Below the pieces are notes generated by a model. It was not told the origin of the DNA. It did no database searches and saw only the letters and a list, made by a program, of their open reading frames with translations. A program made the translations under genes and the position numbers. Below, in pieces: positions 1-11,730 of a stretch of 64,000 bases of DNA. The DNA is from Octopus bimaculoides (lineage: Eukaryota), in the NCBI RefSeq assembly GCF_001194135.2, contig NC_068989.1:8818902-8882901 (forward strand). The letters run 5' to 3'. Within the stretch, counting starts at the first letter, position 1. Each line of letters opens with the position of its first letter.

Positions 1-869
1 AACATCAAACACCAAAGCTTTATTCTCTCAAGAGAATGAAAACGTTTGATTGCTAACACCCCAATCACAATAACAGCAATGGTATCGACATCGTTATCAA
101 CACCTAGAGTGTCGTCAGAAAGTGACGGCCCTGCGTCTGCTAGCAATGCAGTCATTGGCCGTTTGTCAGATGGATATTTTCACAGCTCGTCTCTGTGACG
201 GAGCTACAATCCTGGATCAAGCAAAGACTACAACACGATACTCTGCCTCTGGGATGACGTCAAGCGTTCAGAGCCCTCTGACAGTTGCCCAATGCGTTCG
301 ATGGAAGTAATCCATTGGTATTCTATATACGGCTAGCGGGTGGGCAAAAGCGACGACGTTGTCGGAGAGATTCGAGGTGTCGATTGACTGCCTGGTCTGT
401 TCCGGAATATTGATTTGAAATTTTTGAACAAGATTAGTAATTTCGGAGGAGTGAGTAATTTGATTACATCGACCCCAGTGATCAACTGGTACTTATTTCA
501 TTGTAGGATAAAGGAGGAAGATAGGGAGAGGCCACGTGCCCTAGTGGTCAGGATATAAGGCTTAGCGCAATTTCGTCCGTCTTTACGTTCTGAGTTCAAA
601 TTCTGCCGAGGTCAACTTTACCTTTCAGCCTTTCGGGGTCGATAAAATAAATACCAGTTGATCACTCACTCCTCCGAAATTACTAATCTTGTGCAAAAAT
701 TTCAAATCAGTATTACTTCGTTGTACTCTATCTTAATACTGGTTTCAAGTTTTGGCAACAAGGCCAGCCACTTCGTGGTGGGGAGGGGGTCGATGTAGNN
801 NNNNNNNNGCGACGACGTTGTCGGAGAGATTCGAGGTGTCGATTGACTGCCTGGTCTGTTCCGGAATAT

Positions 870-1082
870 TGATTTGAAATTTTTGAACAAGATTAGTAAT
901 TTCGGAGGAGTGAGTAATTTGATTACATCGACCCCAGTGATCAACTGGTACTTATTTTATCGACCCCGAAAGGATGAAAGGTAAAGTTGACCTCGGCAGA
1001 ATTTGAACGCCGAATTTAAAGACGGACGAAATGCCGTTAAGCATTTCACCCAGCATGCTAACGATTCTGCCGGCTCGCCGCC
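870..1082 (-). mobile_element. tRNA-headed SINE family A copy
   Basis: Reverse complement of GGCGGCGAGC(C)GGCAGAATCGTTAG...GTTCAAATTC(T)GCCGAGGTC...GGGGTCGAT; A-box- and B-box-like motifs. Confidence 0.85.
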
Positions 1083-1191
1083 ATGTACTTTAACATGAAT
1101 CTGTATTATTCCCACTTCAGTCGTGTCAATCAGAGGGAGATAAACCTGACGCAAAGACCCTACCCTTTCAAAATATATTCCGGATTTCAAT

Positions 1192-1402
1192 GCGGTGTGC
1201 TGGTAGAAACGTTTGCACGCCGGGCGAAATGCTTAGCAGTATTTCGTCTGTTTTTACGTTCTGAGTTCAAATTCCGTCGAGGTCAACTTTGCCTTTCATC
1301 ATTTCGGAGTCGATAAATTAAGTACTAGTTGCGTACTGGGGTCGATCTAATTGACTGGCCCCACTCCCCAAAAATTTCGGGCCTTGTGCCTAGAGTAGAA
1401 AA
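1192..1402 (+). mobile_element. tRNA-headed SINE family A copy
   Basis: GCGGTGTGCTGGTAGAAACGTTTGCACGCCGGGCGAAATGCTTAGC...GAGTTCAAATTCCGTCGAGGTC...GGCCTTGTGCC. Confidence 0.85.
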
Positions 1403-1523
1403 TAATAAATTCCAGATTATTTTTTTTCGTCTATATTAAAAAAAAAAAATCTTTTTTCTTATTGTTGCTATTTTATTTCACTTGTTTCTTTTTTTTCTTT
1501 TTCTTTTTTGCTTTTCACCATAG

Positions 1524-1633
1524 AAATGGAACGATACAAATTTGGTTTGGAACCCCGAAGACTTTGGAAATATCACGCTTATTCGATTGCCGCCGAAAAA
1601 ATTATGGAAACCTGATATATTAATGTACAACAG
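1524..1633 (+). CDS. CHRNA7: nAChR alpha7-like subunit, first exon in window (equivalent to CHRNA7 exon 4; loop A)
   Basis: Acceptor ttttcaccatag|AAATGG and donor AACAG|gtaaat; 110 nt. Translates KWNDTNLVWNPEDFGNITLIRLPPKKLWKPDILMYN(S), the W-x-P-D-I-x-x-Y-N loop A signature. Phase 2 end matches the next exon. Read by hand; absent from the ORF track. Symbol denotes alpha7-like, not proven orthology. Confidence 0.95.
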
Positions 1634-2315
1634 GTAAATAACAGGATTTTATTTACATGTAAAGCTGTTGGCAATTCGTGATCTGTTTCCAGCAAGATTA
1701 CTCTTGAGAGAAATAAGAAAGAAAATGTAAAATCTGTTAATTATTGTTGTCGTTGTTGTTGCTGTTGTTGTTGGTGGTGATCATGATGATGGTAGTATTA
1801 GTAGTGGTGGTGTCAACAATGCGTCGCTTCCGGTTGTATTTCAGCTGTTTTTCAAAGATGCAGGTTCAAGATTTTTCCCTCCGTGTGTTACATAAGTTTT
1901 TAATGATTCTGGGGAACTCCACATTTCCGCTGTTATTTTCGCCCTACGGGTCGGAATTTGTGGATTGCTTCCGTAGAATTTGCTCATTTCTGAAAAACAA
2001 AATCTAAAAATAGGCATAACCTCAAATTATTCGGCAAAATTCAAGGAAGCGAAATTACCGAATGGAATCACTGTTTTGACTCTGCCTTTTCCATGTTTAA
2101 GCAAAACACAATCATCACGACCACCACCACAATCTTCACCGCCATCACCTTCACCACCAGTTCAGACAGAAACAACATCCAAAGTAGCAACAAAAAAACA
2201 ACTGCACAAAAATAAATGTGAAAATGACAATAGTAATAACGATGAGAACAACAAAATTAAAGTAAAAAACAGACAACTCAGTCTAAATAATCACTTTAAA
2301 ATTACAGCAAATACG

Positions 2316-2640
2316 TGGTGCTTCGTCGGTTGCGACGACGTGGGTTCCAGTTGATCTGATCAACGGAACAGCCTGCTCGTGAAATTAACGTGCAAATGGC
2401 TGAACATTCCACAGACACGTGTATCCTTAACGTAGTTCTCGGGGAGATTCAGCGTGACACAGCGTGTGACAAGGCTGGCCCTTTGAAATACATGTACAAC
2501 AGAAACAGGAAGAAAGAGTACAAAAGGGTTCGCCACCACCCACTGCCGCAGCTTTGTGGAGCTTTAGGTATTTTCGGTCAATAAATACTCACAATGCCCG
2601 GTCTGAGAATCGAAACCGCAATCTTACGACCGCGAGCCCA
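2316..2640 (-). mobile_element. SINE family C copy
   Basis: Colinear with 42957-43330 with an internal deletion. Confidence 0.8.
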
Positions 2641-2698
2641 CTAATACTAACATAATGCTAACTAATACTAACATAATGCTAACTAATACTAACATAAT
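2640..2698. repeat. 21-bp tandem repeat, ~3 copies
   Basis: (CTAACTAATACTAACATAATG)n directly after the head of a family C SINE. Confidence 0.8.
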
Positions 2699-2789
2699 AA
2701 AGGAAAGATCAAGACACAACGACCAAAAAACTGTTTAGCAGATTCATCAGCTCTGCGTCAGGTATAAAAAATTAATTTATTGTCTAAAG

Positions 2790-3144
2790 CAGTGGTTTTC
2801 AACCGAGGTCCACACGGACCCTAAGGGTCCATATAAGATTTTGGGGGGTCCACGTAACAAAATAGTAAATTGGGGATCCGCAAACAGTGTTTTAAGGGCT
2901 CCAGAAAATATTTTGCTTTAGATGTATGTATTGGTATGTATTGCAAGAAACAGGTAGGTTTCTTTCTCTAACATTTTACATAATTCAACCTACACAAGTT
3001 AATGTGTGAAAAACAAAATAGGAATTTTAAAAGAAGTATCTATATAACTGGTTTTCAAACATCGAATGGCGATAGAAGTCCACCAGAATAAAATAGTAAT
3101 CAAAGAGGTCCATAAATGATTTTTTAAATGGTTGAGAACCCGTG
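2790..3144. mobile_element. hAT (Charlie-like) MITE
   Basis: TIRs CAGTGGTTTTCAACC ... GGTTGAGAACCCGTG; 8-bp TSD gtctaaag/atctaaag (7/8 match, NTCTARAN-type target); no ORF. Confidence 0.8.
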
Positions 3145-3404
3145 ATCTAAAGAATCAAAAATTATCTTTACGAGGTCTGGCCGAAACATAGCTTTAAATA
3201 TATCAGAATCCATCCAGCAAAAAACCAATCTCAAAACTTGTTTACAAATCTATAGAAGTAAAAAGTCGGAAACTAGAGCAAGCGATACTTCAACAAATAG
3301 AAAATTGCTTCCGATTAATCTAAGAAACGAAAGCTTGTGATGCTAGGGGTAAAACACAATATAGTAGAGGTGATATTTCTGATAATAAATGATAGGATAG
3401 GATA

Positions 3405-3640
3405 AAGTCCCTTCCCGAGTCATATAGACTCATGGGGCCGCCGGTTTTCCTATTTCTGTGGCGTATATATTGTCCCCTGGACGAGACGCCAGTCCGTCGC
3501 AGGATAACACATTTTTGCCAGCTGAGTGGATTGAAACAACGTGAAATGAAGTGAGTGTTCTGCTCAAGAACACAACGCATCGCCCGGTCCAGGAATCGAA
3601 ACCACAATCTAACGGTTATGAATCCAATACTAAGCCATGC
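3405..3640 (-). mobile_element. SINE family D copy
   Basis: TTTTTGCCAGCTGAGTGGATTGAAACAACGTGAAATGAAGTG...CTCAAGAACACAACGC...CCAGGAATCGAAACC. Related copies at ~12775-12960(+), 16255-16445(-), 17045-17195(+) and 23815-23935(+). Confidence 0.7.
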
Positions 3641-5384
3641 GCTTTCAAGACAGTAGACGAGGTCAGGAAGCACTCCACAACAACTCTAATGAGTGATGAA
3701 TAGGTCTTCATACCAATGTACCTTGGTTGCAGGTCAGTAAAAATGAAAATAGTGGACGTAACCCAAAAAAATAAAAAAATCTGTGAAGGACAGCTCCCCT
3801 CTTCGACACAGGGGACAAGACTAATATTTTGCTGGTCCAGAAGCTGCGGACACAAAGAGTTACAGGAGATCAGAGATTAAAAACGATCGCGGAAGAAATG
3901 ATATGTGAAAGATTTAAAACGAGATTTACATACAATGATTGCATGAAAAAATAAGGAACAGAAAAAACAGTAAGGAAAAGAGAGGAAGTGGGGAGACAGA
4001 GAGAGATGAAGACAGAGAAGAGATAGAAAAAGAGACAGACGGACAGACAGATGTGTGAAGATAAGAAGAGAGCAATGTGTGGGAAAGAGAGTAAAGATAT
4101 GAATTATTTAACAGTAAATACACAATCTGTAGGAATTCAATGGAATCAAAACTCAGGAAAAAAAAGCTGTTGGCAAAATAATACTCGGTTCCATTAGAGA
4201 ATAAGAGTGTTTCTGTTCATTTTTCCTTTTTTTTTTTAATGACACGCATTATTCAATGAGGATTCTAGAAAGTTCTTTCCCAATGTTTATAGTTAATAAG
4301 CTCCAAAAATGAAAAAAAAAATATTAAGAATGAAATACCTTTTTTTTTTTTTTCATTGATTTCACTTCTACATTAAAATCTAATATCGATTAGTTGTCAG
4401 ACAAAATTAATTGCGCACTATCGGAAGTGACAGCTGTACAAAGTTGTAGGGTTTGCTGTCGCAATAATTCGCTACTATCGAGTTATTTTTTTTAATATTA
4501 AAGTTGAAATAAATACCAAAAGACAGGCAAGAGGAATAAAAATAAAACACCATTCGGTTTCTTTTCCAAATTCCTTATGTCAGTTAAACATTCTTCACAG
4601 AAGACACATCATACCATGAAGACGCCAAACTTAGAGGAATCTCTTCTCAGAGAAAGATGCTTCACTCATATTTATATGCATGGCTCACAAATGTTTTATA
4701 CACCTGTCCTTGCTTATCACGGGTGTTTGGTTAAAATAAATCAAGTGAAATGCAAACTCAGGAACCTTTGCCTTCAACCAGTAAGGAAGAAGTAGCACGA
4801 CAGAAGAATGGAAACAAAAGAGACAGCGAATTTGAGACAGAGAAAATTGTGTCGGACGAAGAGAGTGCTGAAAGATATCAGAGAAAAATACCTACAGGGA
4901 GAAATTTAGGAAACCTCGTATAATACGAAAAAAGTGTTGAAATCGAAAAGAAGGTAAGAAAGATAACAAATGTTATCAGAGTAAAATTGGCAAACTCAGA
5001 AGTTAAGAATGGCGTGCTATTGGAGGGAGAGAGAAAGAGGGGAGAGATTAGTAGAACTGTTTGGAAAAAAAGAGTTGTAAATATCACCACTACAGTTTAG
5101 ATACGACGAGTTGCCGCCTGTTGTAATTTTCGACGATCTTATTTAATATTTGTTGTAATTGTGTTTTTAAAAAAAATGGGGGGGGGGGATATACATGACT
5201 GTAAAGTGAACTGTAATTTAAAAGAACAGTAAAATGAAACTGTTTACTTTGGGTGGGGCGAGTAAGCCATTTCATCCTCATTTTTTATCATAGTCCATTC
5301 GATATGAGTTTTATATGTACCCCAATGTCTTGTTTTGTCTGTCCTTGTGGTGTCCACTCTTTATAAAGGCCATGTGCCTAAATA

Positions 5385-5700
5385 AAAGAAATCCAGCTGG
5401 CAGAATCATTAGCACAGAGGTTGGAAAAATGCTTTGTGCTATACGTTTTCGTTCTAAGTTCAAATCCTGCCGAGGTCAACGTTACTTGTCATCCTTTCGG
5501 GGTTGATAAGATATATTATCAGTCAAATTTCCAAAATTTGAAACCATTTAAAGATAACGAGCTGGAAGAATGGCAGCTAGAGCGATAGATAAATGCTTTT
5601 GTGCTATTTATTCCAGCTCTTTACGTTCTAAGATCGAATCCTGCTGAAGTCGACTTTGCCTGTTATCCTAGGGTTCAAAAATCTCAACCATTGTGCCTAT
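5385..5700 (+). mobile_element. two adjacent truncated SINE family A copies
   Basis: Two GCTGG(C/A)AGAAT...GTTCTAAG.TC.AATCCTGC.GA.GTC segments in tandem. Confidence 0.65.
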
Positions 5701-7625
5701 AATAGAATGAATATTATAAAGCCTTTACAACAAAAATATGTAAGGCGAACTAAAACGCTACCCGTTCTTCCAGATACAATCTCTCTTACACAATAAACAC
5801 TATTCTTATATGGGTGTTCGTTTCTACATATTTGTTTGCGCAGTTTATGATCATAATATCCCGGGTTCACTTCCAGGACAGTGCAGCTCTCGCGTCTTTA
5901 AACGTAACACTTTATTTCTCGGAGCTCAAGCCTACTCAACTGTGGTGAACTCTAGTTGTGAGCATCCCTGAGTTTATCCCTCTCTTTCCCCAGCTATTAT
6001 ATCCCGGGTGCTCCGTTGGGTCGAAAGATATATACCCGATCAGATCGGGTGTATATCTGATCGTAACCGAAAAAGTACCTAAAACAAATTAGCGAAAGAA
6101 TCGCACAGGCTGCCAAGTCATGTTCCCTTGCGAGAGAAAACTTAATATAAAAAAGAATTAATAATAAATTACGTACTTTCATTCATTTTTCGAAACAAGA
6201 CTTGCCAACAAAATATAAAAACCTATGTTCTTATCCAGCGATGTTGATAATATATAACAATGGGCATTGGTTCTTTTTAAAGGTTATTTCGGTCTCCAAT
6301 ACAGACTTAGAGAAATTTTCATATGAACCATTCATTGTGTTTTTCTAAAGAAATTTCCTGAATTTACTGAATATTTTAATTTGCAATCTGTTTGTGAGAT
6401 GCAGTGTTTCGTTGTTCTTGTTTTTATGCCTTTGTGGTTATCTTTTCTGAGTATTAAACAATGTTGCAGTTTGTATGCTTTTTATTACTATTGTAATATT
6501 TGTGTTTATTTGAATGTGTAATTTATGTGTGCGCCTGGGGTATACACGTAAAAGTTTACGTTCTTTTCATGTATGGTGTGTATAAAATTGAACTGTCTTC
6601 TCTGCTTTTGTGTATGTGTGCGTTTTGTGTGTGTATGTACTTGGCTTTGTAGTTGCGTTTTGTGTAAGAATCTGTGTGGTTTGTATTTATTACGTTTTGG
6701 TATGTGTTTTGCTAACGGGTATTTGTGTGTGTTTGAGCGTGCGTGAAATGATTTGGCTGTGCGAACAAAATACAATTTTATATTACTTGGGCTCAAACAA
6801 CCGATGTATAAAACCAACGAGAAGTAATAAATAAATACTTAAATAGATCAGTTTTGGATTTAAAACTATAACCAACATTGTATTTTTAGAACTTTTACGC
6901 TTTTAGAATCAAAGAATGATAATATTATATTCACATCTTTTGATCTTTTTATCGGCAGAGGAGGAAAAACGCAATTGGCCAAATCTAAAGGTGATCTGCT
7001 TACTGGCTAATGGCTTGTATCGTGGCATCACCAGCACTTCGCTGTGTGTCTGTTAGTGAAAACGTTAAATTTTTAACATTCTAATCTACCTGAATTTAAG
7101 TAGGTTTCATAGATAGAATTATATGAATCGCTGCCATAAACAAAAGATGCGCTGTAAAAATGGCGTGAGTTTCAGCAACTTAAAATACTGGAATCAATTC
7201 CTACTGTATCAGTACACAAAGTACTCTAGATTCGATGCATGAAAGCAGTGAGTTTAACGTTGGATTTCATAGCACACGCTTAAGGTGGTAAACTAGCAGA
7301 ATCGTTAGCAAGCAAAACAAAATGCTTTGCGACATTTCTTCCTGCTTTGTTCTAAGTTCAAATTCCGCCGAGGCCCACCTTGATTTTCGTCCCTTCGGGG
7401 TCGATAAAATGAGTGTCATTTGAGCGCCGGATTCGATGCATGGCAACTGCCTCAACCGCAATATCAGGCTTTGTGGCTATGGCAGTGAAGATTATGTAGC
7501 TGACGCTACAAGTGCAAAAGGAAAAAAAAAACAAAGAAAAGACACATTTTTTTTTTACTAGATTGGTTCCACAGTAGCTTGGTGTGAAGTTAAGATGGTA
7601 TTCGTGCCAATATCTCCTCATCTAA

Positions 7626-7860
7626 GGCGGCGAGCTGGCAGAAACGTTAGCATGCCGGGCGAAATGCTTAGCGGTATTTCGTCTACCGTTACGTTCTGAG
7701 TTCAAATTCCGCCGAGGTCGACTTTGCCTTTCATCCTTTCGGGGTCGATAAATTAAGTATCAGTTACGAACTGGGGGTCGATGTAATTGACTTAATCCCT
7801 TTGTCTGTCCTTGTTTGTCCCCTCTATGTTTAGCCCCATGTGGGCAGTAAAGAAATAAGA
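7626..7860 (+). mobile_element. SINE family A, near-consensus full-length copy
   Basis: GGCGGCGAGCTGGCAGAAACGTTAGCATGCCGGGCGAAATGCTTAGCGG...GAGTTCAAATTCCGCCGAGGTCGACTTTGCC; a partial head duplication follows at ~7859-7895. Confidence 0.9.
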
Positions 7861-7891
7861 AACGTTAGCATGCCGAGCGAAATGCTTAGCA

Positions 7892-7922
<31 letters not shown>

Positions 7923-8519
7923 TCCTTGCGTCTGTATTTGCACTTGTTCCACTGCTAGAAACCGGTATTAGGTTGTTTATGTCCCTGTAACTTATCGGTT
8001 CGATAAAAAGGGACCGCTAGAATAAGTACCGGACTTTTAAAATAATAACTTCTAGGGTCGATATTTTCGACTAAAACCTATCAAGGTAGTGCCCCGGCAT
8101 GGCCGCAGTGGTGATTACAACAAATAAGTGATAAAAGATAAAATGTTATATAAACAAGGAAAGTAATAGGACAGAATAAATAAAAGATATCAATGCATAT
8201 GTGATCATCTTATTTATTTATGAGAAATGGTAACTGGGGAACTTAGAAATTCATGTTTTCGCAATGATATTAACAGTATATTCAATGTCAATGAAAAACA
8301 ATCGAAGTGATGGAACCAAGTCGCAGACTTTAACCCATGGGATTCCTTTCTCCTTGTCTCCGATATAATCTTTCAGATTTTTGAACCATTAAACAACGAA
8401 TATTTAATATTTTTTTGTTCATTGATATTATATTTATAACCCGTCAAGTTGTAATATCAGTAGAGGAGAATAAACCTCTTTTATATTGGTATTGATCGCT
8501 TCCAAACTACAACTCTCAT

Positions 8520-8827
8520 GGCCTTCAAAGGCAGGCCCTCCATGTTGATAAGTTACCAACTTGCATTTGACAGTTCGAATCGTACTGCAATCAAAGTCCT
8601 TGGCCTAGGTTTCTAAACTTAACCGTTCGAGGTGGTTTGTTATCACTGCCATTACATACACCACGGACTGACTTAAGGCCCTCAAAGGCCCTCCCTGTTG
8701 ATAAGTTACCAACTTGCGCATAGTAGTTCGAATCGGACAGCAATCAAAGTCCTTGGCCTAGGTTTCTAAGCGTAACCTTTTGAGATGGTTCATTATCACT
8801 GCCATTACATACAGCACGGACTGACTC
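8520..8827. repeat. tandem dimer of a ~156-bp unit
   Basis: Both units carry GTTGATAAGTTACCAACTTGC, GTTCGAATCG, GCAATCAAAGTCCTTGGCCTAGGTTTCTAA and TTATCACTGCCATTACATACA..ACGGACTGACT. Confidence 0.85.
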
Positions 8828-9257
8828 AACTTTCACGTCACTTTGACGAATGAGAATTCAGTAAGACATACCTGCGCAGTGTTCTTAGTCGCCACTGGAT
8901 TTCTGAAGATATTGTGTTGGTGTCGATGCAGGCGTCTTAGTTTGTTGACCCATCTGCATGATGAATATTATTATAGTGAGCGTGTTTTGTATAGAACCTG
9001 TCCCCCTTCCCGTCCTTCAAATTGTATTGGTTTCATCCCACCGACCCATCGGCTATCGGGATTAAAGATTTTTATGGAGTTGTTTCCTCTTAGATGAGCA
9101 GCTAAGGAGCTGAAGGGTTACATCTGCTCTGGGTCCATTGGAGTATCTCTGACTGTTCATCTTCTGGAGGCGATTCCGTAGCTGGGTGCCTGGCAAATAC
9201 TACTGCTCCAAGCCAGAGTAGATCTGGCAACAGTAATGGCTAAGAGGTGGTAGCACA

Positions 9258-9350
9258 CTGCTAAGTTACGGGGACCTAAACACACCAGCATCGGTTGTCA
9301 AGCGATGTTGGGGGGACAAACACAGACACACAAAGATATAATCACACACT

Positions 9351-9385
<35 letters not shown>

Positions 9386-9542
9386 GACGGGCTTCTTTCA
9401 GTTTCCGTCTACCAAATCCACTCACAAGGTTTTGGTCGGCCCGAGGTTATAGTAGAAGACACTTGCCCAAGGTGCCACGCAGTGGGACTGAACCCAGAAC
9501 CATGTGGTTGGGAAGCAAGCTACTTACCACACGGCCACTCCT
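9258..9542 (-). mobile_element. tRNA-headed SINE family B copy with internal (TA)n
   Basis: Minus-strand head GGAGTGGCCGTGTGGTAAGTAGCTTGCTTCCCAACCACATGGTTCTGGGTTCAGTCCCACTG; body GACGGAAACTGAAAGAAGCCCGTCG. Confidence 0.85.
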
Positions 9543-10479
9543 ACGTCTATGATATTGATGATGAAGTGTATGAAAACAGGTTAAGACAAAGAAGGTTGAA
9601 GGATTAGGGTGGGAAATTAGTGTCGAATAAAAAAAGTCTCTTGTGTAAATTTGCTGGAAGATTGCAAGTCTTATTTATCATTACCCTCGTCGTCAGTTTC
9701 GAAAAACAACGTAAGACGACCAAGAAACTGACTTGTACAAAACAGTTATAAAAAGCGGGCAATAAATGCAGAGTTTAAGTCTATTTAAAATACTAAATTA
9801 TCAGAAAGGAAACTTTTTTGTGTCGTTATTTTTAAGAAAAAGTAGTTTTAATAGTCTTCGAAAATTTCACCTAAACCTAGGTCTAATGAAAAGTTCACCG
9901 TTGAAACAGTTATAGTATTTTCAAAGATTGTGTCTGGAAAATGTCTGTCTCATTTACATTGAATTACCTTTAAATCGTGGCAATAAAAACAACTGGCAAT
10001 GCGAAATATATTGCAGCTATTTATTTCAATTTCTGCTCTAGTCTTTACCTTATATTGCAAGTGATAAATGGTATTAAATCTTACTGCGATTCCATGAAAC
10101 AAAAAAAAATCAATATAATTTGCAAAAACAAATAAAGTAACTAAGGTAAAAAACTGAAAAATACAAATCTCAATAAGAAAGCACTGTTTATTAAGTGAGG
10201 TATCTTACTGAAGACTGAACCAAATAATTCCGGAGAAATTTTACTGTTGTTTCTGAAATAACCTTTTTTTATGTGTGAGGGTGTTGATAGCACCGAAACA
10301 GGAAATAAAATATTCATTTTGCATCGGTAGTAGTTAAGAGCTTCATACGACATCTAGAAGTCACCTCCCTTTGGATTTAATAAGATTTCGGCAGCCGTGT
10401 CTGAAATCACATTTTGACTCTCTGATGGAATCATTTTATTTTACAGACAACGCTAATCCTAGTGGCCTAAATATTGGTT

Positions 10480-10685
10480 TCAAATTTTGGCACGAGACCT
10501 GCAATTTCGGGGAGGGGTAAATTGATTGCACCAATTCCATTGCTTCACTGGTACCTATTTTATTGACCTCGAAAGCACGAAATGATAAATCAACCTCGGC
10601 AGAATTTTAACTCAGAACGTAAAGACAGAAAATATACTGCTAAGCGTTTTCACCGGTATGCTAACGATACGCTAGCTCACCGCCT
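10480..10685 (-). mobile_element. SINE family A copy (diverged)
   Basis: Reverse complement of the family A body and head, ending GCTAGCTCACCGCC. Confidence 0.7.
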
Positions 10686-10805
10686 TTGTGGCCTAAATTT
10701 AGTTATTGGTTAACCGCGTTTACGAAACCAATTACGAATTTGTACGTTCGCTAGCTTTTCCGACATTAAAAAAATATTAATCGTTCTTTTTTACTTTGCT
10801 CGCTA

Positions 10806-10848
<43 letters not shown>

Positions 10849-11299
10849 CTGCTTTGGAAAATATATATAGATATACTTCGGAGAATACATATATGTGGGG
10901 CTGGAGCTGTACATGTGTGTCTATACAAATTTGTCTTTATAAAGTGTATGCACACGTCCATTCAAGTGCTTCTGTAAAAACATCATGAGTCTATATTGTG
11001 TGATTATTCAACTTATAATAAGCTTTCCGTTAAAGTAGAGTTGAAGATTAGAATATTTCCTTTCTCCATAGAGCATCGTGTGTATAATGGGTCCTGTATT
11101 GTGATGACAGCATCTATTGAAAGTAAATTTCTTCAGTCAGCATCGCGTGCGGAGTCAACTCTATTTAGAAAGCATGTGTAGAATTAGCCTTGTTTTGTGT
11201 GTAGGAACGTCTTGTTCAAGGCTGTCACTGATTAGGTATGCCTGTTGATGTGAAGTACTCTAATTGATAGTTCATTTCAGCGAATTATTTCAATCGTAA

Positions 11300-11730
11300 A
11301 GTGAATCAACGCCGCTGTGAGCGCTATATCATCTGTATGATGTGGAAAATATTCCATCAACATTAACTAAATGATATAGGTAACATCTTTAAAATTCATC
11401 CAAGGATTGGCCTCCGTGCCATACGTCCGCTACAGAAATCATGTTCGTGTCGTATCACAACACTACGACAGAAGTATTTCACCTCAACTGGCCCTGCTCT
11501 CTTCAACATCGTGCCAACCCACATAAAGGAGGAAAGTGATTTCATGGAATCCAAACGGTCCCTAGATGATTACCTCCAACAAATACTAGACAGACCACCC
11601 ACACCCGAATATGTCACTGAAAATAATAACTCTCTGCTCGAATGGGATATGGTACCCAAGAGCCGACTGTGTATATCTTCCAGGTGGTGGGCCAACTTCG
11701 GCTGAAACTTATTTAAGTAATGTAAGTAAA
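11300..11730 (+). mobile_element. CR1/L2-group LINE 3' fragment (decayed ORF2 C-terminus)
   Basis: Translates QRRCERYIICMMWKIF...HPRIGLRAI...TGPALFNIVPTHIK...KRSLDDYLQQILDRPPTPEY...NSLLEW, resembling the CR1-type post-RT tail; internal stop; short AAGT-like tail. Confidence 0.7.

Noticed and set aside
1-1523. Upstream exons 1-3 (signal peptide, loop D)
   Set aside because: No DEKNQ-type or other matching peptide with splice sites was found; they must lie before the window, so loop D Trp cannot be checked.
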